Assembly (NCBI RefSeq): GCF_018350175.1
Contig: NC_058368.1
Span: 10,416,001 to 10,480,000, forward strand
Direction: 5' to 3'
DNA length: 64,000 nt
From: Felis catus
Lineage: Eukaryota
How positions within the stretch are numbered: the first letter of the stretch is position 1; each line of letters opens with the position of its first letter. The position numbers and the translations under genes were made by a program. Shown here in pieces: positions 54,401 through 64,000 of this stretch. Below the pieces are notes generated by a model. That model ran no database searches. It was given only the letters and a program-made list of their open reading frames with translations, and was not told where the DNA came from.

Positions 54401-54766
54401 CAAATCAAAACCACAGTAAGTTATTACCTTATATGTGTCAGAATGGCTAGAATCCAACATACAAGAAGCAACAAGTATTGGTGATGATTTAGAAAAAAGA
54501 ACAATCATACACTGTTGGTGGGAGTGCAGACTGGTGCAGCTTTTGTGGATAACACAGTGGAGGTTCCTTAAAAAATTAAAAATAGAATTGCTATATGATT
54601 GAGTAGTTCCACTACTGGGTTTTTTACCCAAAGAGTATGAAACCATTATTTCAAATACATATATGCACTCCTGTGTTTCTTGAAACTATTTAGAAGAGCC
54701 CAAATATGAAAGCAACCTCAGTATCCATTGTGTCCACTGATAAATGAATGGATAAAGAGGTAGTGT

Positions 54767-54804
<38 letters not shown>

Positions 54805-55151
54805 GATTATTAACCATAAAAAAGAATGAAATCTTGCCATGTGCAATAACATGCATGGATCTAAAGGGTAAAATGCTAAGTGAAATAAATCAGAGAATGA
54901 CAGATACCATATACTTTCACTCCTGTGTGGAATTTAAGAAACAGAATGAACAAAGAAAAATAGACAAAACCCCCAGACTCTTAAATCTAGAATATAAACT
55001 GGTGGTTTGGGTAGAACTAAACTGGTGGGATTGGGAGGGGGAATGGATGAAACAGATGATAAGCACCGAGTAATGTATAGGATTGTTGCATCACTATATC
55101 GTATGCCTAAAACTAATAGGACACTGTACATTAATTATACTGGGGTTAAAA
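48481..55151 (+). mobile_element. Essentially full-length but decayed carnivore L1 (5' UTR, ORF1, ORF2 EN/RT, 3' UTR)
   Basis: EN: YISIITLNVNGLNAPIKRHRVTEWIKK...CLQETH; RT: NHMIISIDAEKPFDKVQHP and [11 protein letters not shown]; many stops/frameshifts; perfect 16-bp TSD AAATAGCAATGGAAAA at 48465-48480 and 55152-55167. Confidence 0.93.
51818..52028 (+). mobile_element. CAN-SINE inserted in L1 ORF2
   Basis: ggggtacctgggtggcttggttggtt head, CT tract, A tail; short TSD aaaaatggt. Confidence 0.9.
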
Positions 55152-55167
55152 AAATAGCAATGGAAAA

Positions 55168-56080
55168 AGTATCCAGTGGAGAAGTGAAATAACAACTCGA
55201 CTGGAATATCACCAGTGAAGAACAGAAGGGCCAGACACAGTGTCACACATACATAATACTGTGACTGGGAACATACATGCTAGACTTTGTCATGAGGGAA
55301 CACCAGACAAACCCAATATGAGGATCATTATGTTAAAAACAGGGGAGGTGCATTTATTATGAAAAATACCAGTGTCATGAAAGACAAAGAGAAGCTGAAT
55401 AACTATTATAGATGAAGGGGGAATAAAGGGATATGATAAATGCAATAAGGGATCCTGGGGTTCATCCTGTACTGGAGGGAAAATGAGCCACAATGAACAT
55501 CGGGTCAAGTGATAACCTTGGAATATGGGTGGTAGCTTAGATGAAAGCATTTGTTTTCAGGTTTGGAATTCTAATTAAGGCAGCTGTGAACCTTTGTGTA
55601 CATATCTTTGTATAGATACCTGTTAATTTATCTTGGCTAAATACCTATGAGTGGAATGCCTGGGACATATAGTAGCTATATGTTTTAACTTTTTAAGAAA
55701 TTTACTGAATGAATGTTAAAGTTTTTGAACTCTTAATTTTTCCCATTTTAAGGAAATACACAATGATGTATTTCATGTTCTGAGGGGGAAAGGGACATAA
55801 TGTATGAGGTTTACTCCCAAATACTTTAGAAAAGAGAAAATCTATCTATATATACACACACGTACACAATGCACATGTATACACACATGCATACATGTAT
55901 ATATACACAGATGAATATCTGTCTACAAAGATTGAGAGAGAACGATAAAGCAAATGGTGTAGAACTAACAACTGGCTAATTTAGGTAAAGGATATATAAA
56001 AGAGTTCTTTCCACTGTACTACCCTTGGAATTCTTCTGTAATCTTGAAGTTTTTCCAAATAAAATGTTAAAAAATAAAAG
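55168..56080 (+). mobile_element. Continuation of the older L1MC-like 3' region
   Basis: catgagggaacaccagacaaacccaat...gtcatgaaagacaaagagaagctg...gataaagcaaatggtg...ttttccaaataaaatgttaaaaaa. Confidence 0.65.
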
Positions 56081-56350
56081 CCATAATAGGTTTGAGTGGA
56101 ATATTATCTGGCTTCCAAAAAATCGGATAGCAGCTAACAAAATGAAGCATAAAAATCATATGATCATCTCAATAGATGTGTGAAAAGCACTTGACAAGAT
56201 TCAACATCCATTTAGGATAAAAACTCTCCAACAAAAGTGGTGTGTTCCCACTAAATCAAACATAATAAAGTCCGTATGTGAAAAACTGATAGCCAAGATC
56301 ATCCTCGGTGATGAAAAACAGAACTTTTCCCCTATGATTGGAAAAAAGAT

Positions 56351-56459
56351 GGGGTGTCTGGGTGGCTCAGTCAGCTAAGCATTTGACTCTTGATCTCAGG
56401 TCATGAGTTCAAACTCTGCATTGGGTTCCACACTGGGCGTGGAGCCTACTAAAAAAAAA
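56351..56459 (+). mobile_element. Short CAN-SINE
   Basis: ggggtgtctgggtggctcagtc...gagcctact(A)n. Confidence 0.85.
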
Positions 56460-56897
56460 TGAGGTCTTCTCTCACCACTATATTCAACATAGTACTAGAA
56501 GTCCTAGCCGTGGTAGTCTAACAAGAAATAAGAGGCATTCATACTGGTAAAGAAGAAGTTTAACTGTCACTGTTTTTAGATGACATGATACTATACTTGA
56601 AAATCTTAAAGATTCCACCAAAAAACTACTAGAGGTAATAAATGAATTCACTAAAGTTGCAAGATTCAAAATTTATGCCCAGAAATCGGTAGTGTTTCTA
56701 TACACTAACAACAAAGTCACAGAAATTAAGAACATAGCGTTTACAATTGTACCAAAAAAAATAAAACACCTACGAATAAACTTAACCAAAGAGGTGAAAA
56801 AAGACAACCTACTTAATGGGAGGAGAAGATATTTGGAAATGATATCGAATAAGGGGTTAATATCCAAAATATATAAAGAACTCCTACAACTCAACAC

Positions 56898-56940
<43 letters not shown>

Positions 56941-56961
56941 AGTTAAAAAATGGGCAGAGGA

Positions 56962-57180
56962 GGAGTGCCTGGGTGGCTCAGTCGGTTAAGCATCCGACTT
57001 CAGCTCAGGTCATGATCTCACAGCTTGTGTGTCCTAGCCCCGCGTCGGGCTCTGTGCTGACAGCTCGGAGCCTGGAGCCTGCTTCGGATTCTGTCTCCAG
57101 CTCTCTCTGTCCCTCCCTTACTTGCTCTCTCTCTCTCTCTCTCTCTCTCAAATATAAATAAAAACATTAAAAAATTAAAA
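56962..57180 (+). mobile_element. CAN-SINE in L1 ORF2
   Basis: TSD aaaaaatgggcagagga (56945-56961) / aaaaaataggcagagga (57181-57197). Confidence 0.92.
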
Positions 57181-59794
57181 AAAAAATAGGCAGAGGACCT
57201 GAATAGATATTTCTCCAAAGACGACCAACAGGTGACCAACAGACACATGAAAAGATGCTCAATATCAATAACTTTGAAGGCACTTCAAATAAAAACCACA
57301 ACGAGATATCATTGCACAACTGTCAGAATGGCTAAAATCAAACAAGAAACAAGTGTTGACAAAGATGGAGAGACAAAGGAACCCTTTTGCCCTGCTGGTG
57401 CACATGCAAACTGGTGCAGCCACTGTGGAAAACAGTATGGAGGTTCCTCACAAAGTTAAAAATAGCAATACCATATGATCTGATAATTCTATTATTGGGT
57501 ATTTATGCGGGGAAAAGGAAAACACTAATTTGAAAAGATATATGCACCCCTATGTTTATTACAGTATTATTTACAAAAGCCCAGACATGGAAGCAACCCA
57601 AGTGTCCATCGATAGGTAAATGGATAAACATGTGGTGTATATATCTATAGTGGAATATTACTCAAAGATCTATCTTGCAATTTGGACAACATGGGTGGAC
57701 CTAGAGGGTATTAAGTGAAATAAGGTATTCGTCTTTCTCAGGCTGACTTATGATTCCACTAATAAGCATAATGTAAAAAAATAAAAAGTAGAATCAGAAC
57801 TATAAATACAGAGAACTGATGGTTGCCAGAGAGGAGGGGAGTGGGGCTCTGGGCAAAATGTGTGAAGGGTAGGGGAGATACAGACCTCCAGTTATGGAAG
57901 GAGTCAGTCATGGGAACGAAAAACAGAGCATGGGGAATACAGTAAATGTAACAGCAATGTAATTAATGGGACAGATGGTAGCTATACTTGGGGTGAGCAT
58001 AACATAATGTATAAACTTGTCAAATCACTAAGTTGTACATCTGAAACTTTGGTAGTATTGTGTGTCCAGTATATGCAAAATCAGTATTATAAGCTGTTAA
58101 AGTCTATATGCAGCACTGTGTTCATATAAATTTGATAGCACGTAATCTAAAGTGTTGCTGTACTATTTTTCTTCATTTCTGTGCCTCACAATTGCCTGAA
58201 ATGGTAACAGATTGTGAATAAAGTTCCTTTCCTGGATTAATAGCCAATCCATTTGGATAGAATTAGATATCTGTTTTATCCACATTTACAGTTTTTAGCA
58301 AAATAAAGTATATGAGGGTTGTCAGACTCCGTTTATGATTCCTCAGCTTTAAAATGATATTGTGAGTAGGGAAAGGGTTGAGGTAATAAGAAACCCAGAT
58401 GAGATGTTAAATCCCAGTTATTTTAACCAAAGAAATTACAAGTTGTGGACTGAATTGGTATTTTTATAATATGCAGAAGAAAGAGAAATACGTTTCTTCT
58501 TAGGTCAAGAAGTAGATATAAATTTGCCCTAGAGGTTTTTGAAGTTTTGTTTGTTTTTTGTTGGTGTTTTGTTTTTTTTAAACACAAACTTTTACCAGCC
58601 AAAGGCCACAGTTTCCTTAAAGAGCTATAAGAATAAATTCTCTATAACCAAATGGCGTCTTACTAGGTATCTGCATATTTACTTACCTTTCTCCGCAGAG
58701 TTATTCGCTAATTTCCTAAGGATGGATTCCAAACTGGGTGCCCAGAATGTTTACCTTGTGTGCCCAAAACAGGATAGTTTTAAGGATAACGTTTTCTGGC
58801 CACTCAGAAACCGTCAGTATTGTCAGAGGCCTTGACCTGCAGACGCATATAAACATGATCAGCAAACTGGTCAACTCTTAGCACCACATTTTAAGGCAAT
58901 TTTTTCATACATTAAATTGGTTTTCTTCGCTTTCAGCTTTAGGTTTATTGGCTGGGGTATTTGTGTAAGATGCACGAGTGTGGATTGAAGCGATGTCCTT
59001 CTTTCCACTTTGTGCATCTCCACTTGGGTTTCTTAAGACCCCACCTGTCCCCCAAAAGAAGAAAAGTGAAATCCTAGAACACTAGTGTTCTAGATGTTAA
59101 TACTTCCCTGTAAGAATTTATGATTAATAACGTAGAGAAGTCCTTGATATCCTATCTCCCTCTTGGAGATACGCAATGCTCATCAGGCTTGAGAAACATT
59201 GGAATTTACTTAGCTAATTAAAAAATTTTAATCCAAAACTGATCACGGAACATCTTTTTTTGGGGGAACACTGATTAATACCACGAGAGAACCTAGGATT
59301 TGGTGGTGTGTGACCCAGAAAGCTCTAGTTTAGAATAGTGGAAGGACTTTACAAGGCGTTTGTAAACGGTACAAGTTCTTAAAACATGGGAAAACTAGCC
59401 CTTCTTAATATTAGCCTTTGTCTCACCTTTGAAAGGATACTTCTAGATTTTATTTTCCTATGAAATCTTTTTCTTCACCCTCATGGCAGCTCTAGCTACA
59501 GGCATTTCTCTGACCAGCTCCTGGATATTCTCACTGCCCTTTTAAAGCTATCTCGTTGACATAGGACAAAGAAATACAGGTGCCAGAAGGTATATACATA
59601 AGTAGACGTAAAAAGACAACTTATGTGGCCTTACTCGGGGGAAACAGATGCGTGGTTGTGCACCGTAATTGAAAAGTTTCCTGGAACGTCTAAGAAAATC
59701 CATTTGCCCACCCGTCAGCCACGCGCCTGACATGGACCTCATTTGTATCTCGAAATTTCTGTTTGGGGGCCATTAAAATTTAAAAAGTACTAAG

Positions 59795-60164
59795 TGTTAG
59801 AAAGGGGTGGAGGTTTATAATGTATCCTCCAAACCAGGAAGGTACATTAATACCGAAACATGAAGCAAAGCTGTTCTATACCGTTCGCAGTGTTTTCTTC
59901 AGGGTAACTTACCGGCAGGCAGTCGAGTGGGCCAACGGACGGAAGATCCAGGCGGTAATATGCTCCTAATCTCCGCCCCTATTCCCAGCCTTTATCTGGA
60001 CCTTCCCCCAGCTCTTATGGAGTGAGGGGCGTGGTGGGGAGGTCATGGGTAGTTATCTTAAGTGGCACCATCTGTGCACCCGATAGCCGCCAGTTATCCA
60101 AAGTGGTGCCACCTGTGCAAGATGGCGTCCCACAGATGGAGTCAATGTTGTTAGCACTCCCACA
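59795..60164 (-). mobile_element. ERV 3' LTR (370 bp)
   Basis: TG...CA termini; shares TGTTAGAA, TAATGTATCCTCC, CGGTAATATGC, AAGTGGCACCA and AGATGGAGTCA blocks with the 5' LTR. Confidence 0.85.
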
Positions 60165-60176
60165 TTCCACCTCTGG
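60165..60176 (-). other. Polypurine tract (minus strand ...CCAGAGGTGGAA|TG)
   Basis: Directly abuts the 3' LTR; resembles class III PPTs (GGGGTGGAC|TG type). Confidence 0.7.
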
Positions 60177-60336
60177 CATCTTTTTAGCCCATGCCATCTT
60201 TGCCCGCCATTCTTTCACAATGGCCTTAGAGCCAGATGTCAGGAAGTGACTTGTACCCCCCTGCCACAGCAGCAGTATAAATAGCAACGTGAGTTGAACC
60301 AGTACCACCCCTGGTTTTTCACCATTCCTCATTCTT

Positions 60337-60540
60337 TGTTTTAATGTGTATTTAAGAGAGAGAGAGAGCACATGCAAGGGGCGGGGAGGGGGAAGAGAGA
60401 GACAGAAAGACTCCTAAGCAGGCTCTATGCTGTCAGCGCAGAGCCTGACTCAGGGATCCATCCCGTGAACCATGAGATCATGGCCTGAGCCAAAGTCAAG
60501 AGTCAGATGCTTAACCCACTGGGGCACCCAGGCGCCCTGA
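60337..60540 (-). mobile_element. CAN-SINE inserted in the ERV
   Basis: Perfect 16-bp TSD ACCATTCCTCATTCTT at 60321-60336 and 60541-60556. Confidence 0.94.
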
Positions 60541-61516
60541 ACCATTCCTCATTCTTGAGGGGTAGGGGTAATGACCCCTCTAGCTGCTTCCTGCTGGAAA
60601 AGGGTGTAGAGCAGGATTTCACGAATTAAGTTGCCATTGCATCCCACTGCAGATATTCCCTACAGCTCAGCTGAGCGCCCATCCTTTGTAACCACTGTTT
60701 TGGAAGTCTTGTATATAGTCTTAGCATCTCATTCTACATTTTATAACAAGGTCAGTTAGGTCCGTTCAGTTAAACAGTGGTCTCTTTTCAGGAAGTGGTC
60801 CTGCCAATGTGATTTCAAAGTCAGGTTTGTAGAGTGCAAGCAGGTAGTAAGTGAGCCGTATATGCACAGAAGCCAGAAGAATTCGGGATCTAGCCCCTGG
60901 TTTTATAGGTAAACAATAAACATTCAACCAGAAATAGAATCTAACACCCATAGAAGTGTGTTACTGAAATATTTTTTTCTAAAATCACCCTCATTTCTAT
61001 CAAAGGTAGTCAAATTAAGACTAAGTTGTTTGTAAAACAAGTCCACTTTTAACAAACTTGGCCTAAATGTTTACATGCGTGCAACAAGAATGGTGATGGG
61101 CCATTTGGGTTCTTTTAAGTCTGCTTTTCTGGAACTTCTCATAGGGAATTTCAGTTTGAGCCTTTTACAGCCTTTGGAGGCCAGAAGCCACGTCACATAC
61201 TTGCCATCAGACCCACCTGCAATACCTTTAATTTGAATTAAGTCCTCTCTTCTTGAGGTCCCCAAGTGACCTTCCTGACTTGCACGGTAGGGCTCTCAGG
61301 AACCTGTAAGCAAGGTAGCAGGCCATTTTTTTCCAAGGAATTTCCTTGGCTCTATAAAGTCAACCTTAGTTCCTTAGGGCCGTTTGGCCATATTTGAGTC
61401 TATACGTGTCTCTTTCAAATGTGACATTCCAGTCAAAGCCTTGGTAATCAAGGTTTCCAATGGTGTCCTGTTATAAGAACATATTGTTATTGAACTTACG
61501 CAAATAACTGTAATTG

Positions 61517-61800
61517 ATTTCCCATTGTATTGTTACCACAAGCCCCAGCCAAACCCTTCTGGATGTGCACTTACATCCAATTCACCACTAACACCTGGCA
61601 TTAATACCCTCGGGGCCTAGTTATTTTACTACCATTTTTGCCTTTATTTCTCCCCCCCACCCCCCGCCAAATTTTGAGGCATTTCCATAGATAAATGTGC
61701 ATTTAGCCAGTGAATATTAGAGCTAGCACAGTCTGATGGTTAGTGAAAGACAAATAGTTAATAATGGGGCCTCCAGTTGTCCACTGTTGCATGCACTAGA
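61517..61800 (-). pseudogene. Protease remnant fused by deletion to an RT-RNase H tether remnant
   Basis: DNWRPH...QTVLALIFTG / KCTFIYGNASKF (decayed DTGA-type protease), then GELDVSAHPEGFGWGLW*Q at about 61520-61590. Confidence 0.65.
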
Positions 61801-61939
61801 GGGAAACGCTGGCCTAACCCTTAGTTTCTAGGAATAGTCTGTGTCCACCCCGAAATTTTTCCATTAGCAGAGGGGCACTGGGCAGCACACCCAACTTTTT
61901 TAGCCTGCCTTCAAGGAAGTAAACTGCTTTCCATCAGGC

Positions 61940-62580
61940 GATGCCTTCTGGAGGCTCAGCAAGACCAACTTGGGTTGTCTATATTTTCTCTCGGGGTCCC
62001 AGATAATATTCGGTATTGCTCCCATTGTTTACAAATCTTGATAGGCCCCCTTTCTGCCATTTTCTCATCAGTGGGATCGTTTTTCCCTCTTTTTTAATCT
62101 ATTTCCCTCATAAGGGATTCTCTGAATTTCACTTAAGTCTGCCACCATAGTAGCTACCGTAGCAATGGGCCATTTAGCCACAGGGGCAAGAACAACCTTT
62201 AAAGTCCCATACCATGCTCCTGGGGCTGAGATACGGTCATTCATACAAGAGGAAAGTCATTCTTCATTTGGGCCACCAAAATGCTGCGTGTAAATAGCAC
62301 ACTTCATCCCTAGTTCTTCCACAGAGGTCTGCTGCAACAGAAGGGAGGGAACAGCCTCGTTAGGCCAGGTTTTCTTAATGCTAGCATTTATCCAATCAGT
62401 CAGATTAGCAAAGTGCCTGCAGTTCTCGACCACGCCTGCCGTATATAATCTTTCATCACCAGGCAGGTTCAGCAGTGGCTGAGGCCACATTTTCATCTCG
62501 AATCCATTCAGCATAATACCATCTCCTCCACAGTCCTAAGACCCAAGCTGCCACCCCTTCTTGGCCCTTTTGCTTCACCA
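61940..62580 (-). pseudogene. Degenerate class III ERV gag
   Basis: AWVLGLW..DGIMLNGFEM, NLTDWINASIKKTWPNEA, ELGMKCAIY...GPNEE (ORF 62257-62514) and SGTPRENID resemble ERV-L/ERV-S Gag; frameshifted. Confidence 0.7.
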
Positions 62581-62774
62581 CCATTTCAGACTCGTGTTGG
62601 TTAGGGCGTTTCTGTACCCACACGCTGGTCTGAAACGCTCACAAGACCTGGCCGAATCTCCTGGCTAGCAAGCTTGGGCTTTCCCCCAAGGGACCACAGG
62701 CTTTCCCTGCGTGGACTGTGGGCTTCTCCTGGCATCGCCCCCTTTACCCCTCCCTGGCTTGTTTCATTTTCAGT

Positions 62775-62792
62775 CTCCTGTCCGCTACACCA
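62775..62792 (-). other. Primer-binding site, tRNA-Ser-like (TGGTGTAGCGGACAGGAG)
   Basis: 2 nt from the LTR end, begins TGG; resembles the complement of tRNA-Ser 3' ends (TGGCGTAGTCGGCAGGAT, recalled) with several mismatches. Confidence 0.7.
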
Positions 62793-62794
62793 AG

Positions 62795-63135
62795 TGTTAG
62801 AAGCTGGAGGAGGGTCAGTAATGTATCCTCCAGACTGAGAAGGCACTTTAATGCTGAAAAAGGAAGCAAGCCACTCCAAGCTGTTTACGGTTTTATTCAG
62901 GGAAACTTACTGATGGTCAGTCTATCAGTCAGGACGGTAATATGCGGCTATTCTCTGCCACTCTCCAGGTTTTATGGAGCTAGGGGCATGGGGGTGCCCT
63001 CACAGGGTAGCTATCTAAAGTGGCACCACCTGGGCAGGGGCTCTCTGCTATTATCTAAAGTGGCTCATTCAGTGCGCCAGAGGCGAGGACAAGATGGAGG
63101 GCCAAGATGGAGTCAGTGTTGTCAGCGCTCCTACG
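62795..63135 (-). promoter_or_regulatory. ERV 5' LTR (341 bp)
   Basis: Ends ...TTCTAACA on the minus strand; minus-strand ATAAAA (TATA-like, 62970-62975) followed by AATAAA (62892-62897); homologous to 59795-60164. Confidence 0.85.
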
Positions 63136-63456
63136 CCAAGTACATCTGAAGAGATGTGACGGTTCACGCTCACTGAGAAACAGGACTGGTAGACGTGAGC
63201 TAAACAGTACGCTGGCCACCTCAACTTCGTTAACCTGCCACCCTACCCACCCAATGGAGGCAGCCATGTTCTGGCAGGGGCTTATTAAAACCGGGGAGTA
63301 AGCCCCTTGTTTTTTAGTTTCTCTTCTGTTTCCAGGAATCTACAGTGTCCACTTTTTTTCTTCTTCTTTTTAAGTGAATTTCTTCCGTAAATCACTTGAA
63401 CTTCATCTCTAAGCGATTTCCGTACAGTAGTATATAACGTGACCGGTGGGATGTGA

Positions 63457-63651
<195 letters not shown>

Positions 63652-64000
63652 TAACTATGAATAGAGCTTTCTGCAAATACTCTCAGCACTCACTTCTGTT
63701 TCTGTGATCCAGGGCTGGGCGTGTAGCAGCGGGACCAATCCTGACACATAGGTGCTCTGTAAATGGTAGCTGTGACTGTAATAGGAAAGTAAACATGAAA
63801 TTTTCTAAATATGAGAACGGTTCACCACAAAGAATATTTTACCCCTTGGAGAAATATAAATGGATGTCGAGGGACTTGGTAGAAATTTCCCTAGAGGAAT
63901 GATTGCTTCTAGGTAGACAATTAGCTTTGCTTGTTTTAATGAGAAAGAAATTTGGATATAGATTTTATTCCAGAAAACAAGTCACCAGACTTTTAAATGA

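Larger units (their letters stand above)
56140..58080 (+). mobile_element. 5'-truncated, internally deleted L1 (L1MA9/L1_Carn-like) with two SINE insertions
   Basis: RT-region catatgatcatctcaatagatg; ORF2 C-terminal fragments [10 protein letters not shown]...; 3' UTR gggacagatggtagctatacttggggtgagcataacataatgtata. Confidence 0.85.
59795..63135 (-). mobile_element. Defective two-LTR endogenous retrovirus, class III (ERV-S/ERV-L-like), with an ERV1-like internal segment
   Basis: Homologous LTRs at both ends, 5-bp TSD CTAAG (59790-59794) / CCAAG (63136-63140), PBS, PPT, gag/pro/RNase-H-tether remnants. Confidence 0.85.

Noticed and set aside
48481..55151. Retrotransposition-competent L1
   Set aside because: ORF1 and ORF2 are broken by many stops, frameshifts and a SINE
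62257..62514. Domesticated Fv1-like gag gene
   Set aside because: Only 85 codons are open and the flanking gag is frameshifted; no sign of ORF preservation

Overview
Mammalian genomic DNA from a felid: SINEC_Fc-type CAN-SINEs and felid/carnivore L1s point to cat or a close relative. The window lies entirely inside B3GLCT (B3GALTL, beta-1,3-glucosyltransferase, the Peters-plus gene) on the + strand. Nine coding exons (human-numbered 5-13, 914 nt) have canonical AG/GT boundaries and splice into one open frame of about 304 aa containing both Fringe-like GT-A domains (EEE and DDD motifs). The introns are dense with repeats: about 20 CAN-SINEs, L1s of several ages (one essentially full-length with a 16-bp TSD), L2, MIR, MaLR/ERVL LTRs and microsatellites. 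The most unusual element is a 3.3-kb antisense endogenous retrovirus at 59795-63135. It has two LTRs, a 5-bp TSD, a tRNA-Ser-like PBS, a PPT and ERV-S/ERV-L-type gag/pro/RNase-H-tether remnants, while its pol/integrase region appears replaced by an ERV1 (MER4-group)-like non-coding segment, suggesting an inter-class chimera. Family and subfamily names and the human comparisons come from recall, not database searches. No prokaryotic-type system, CRISPR array or bona fide RNA gene is present.
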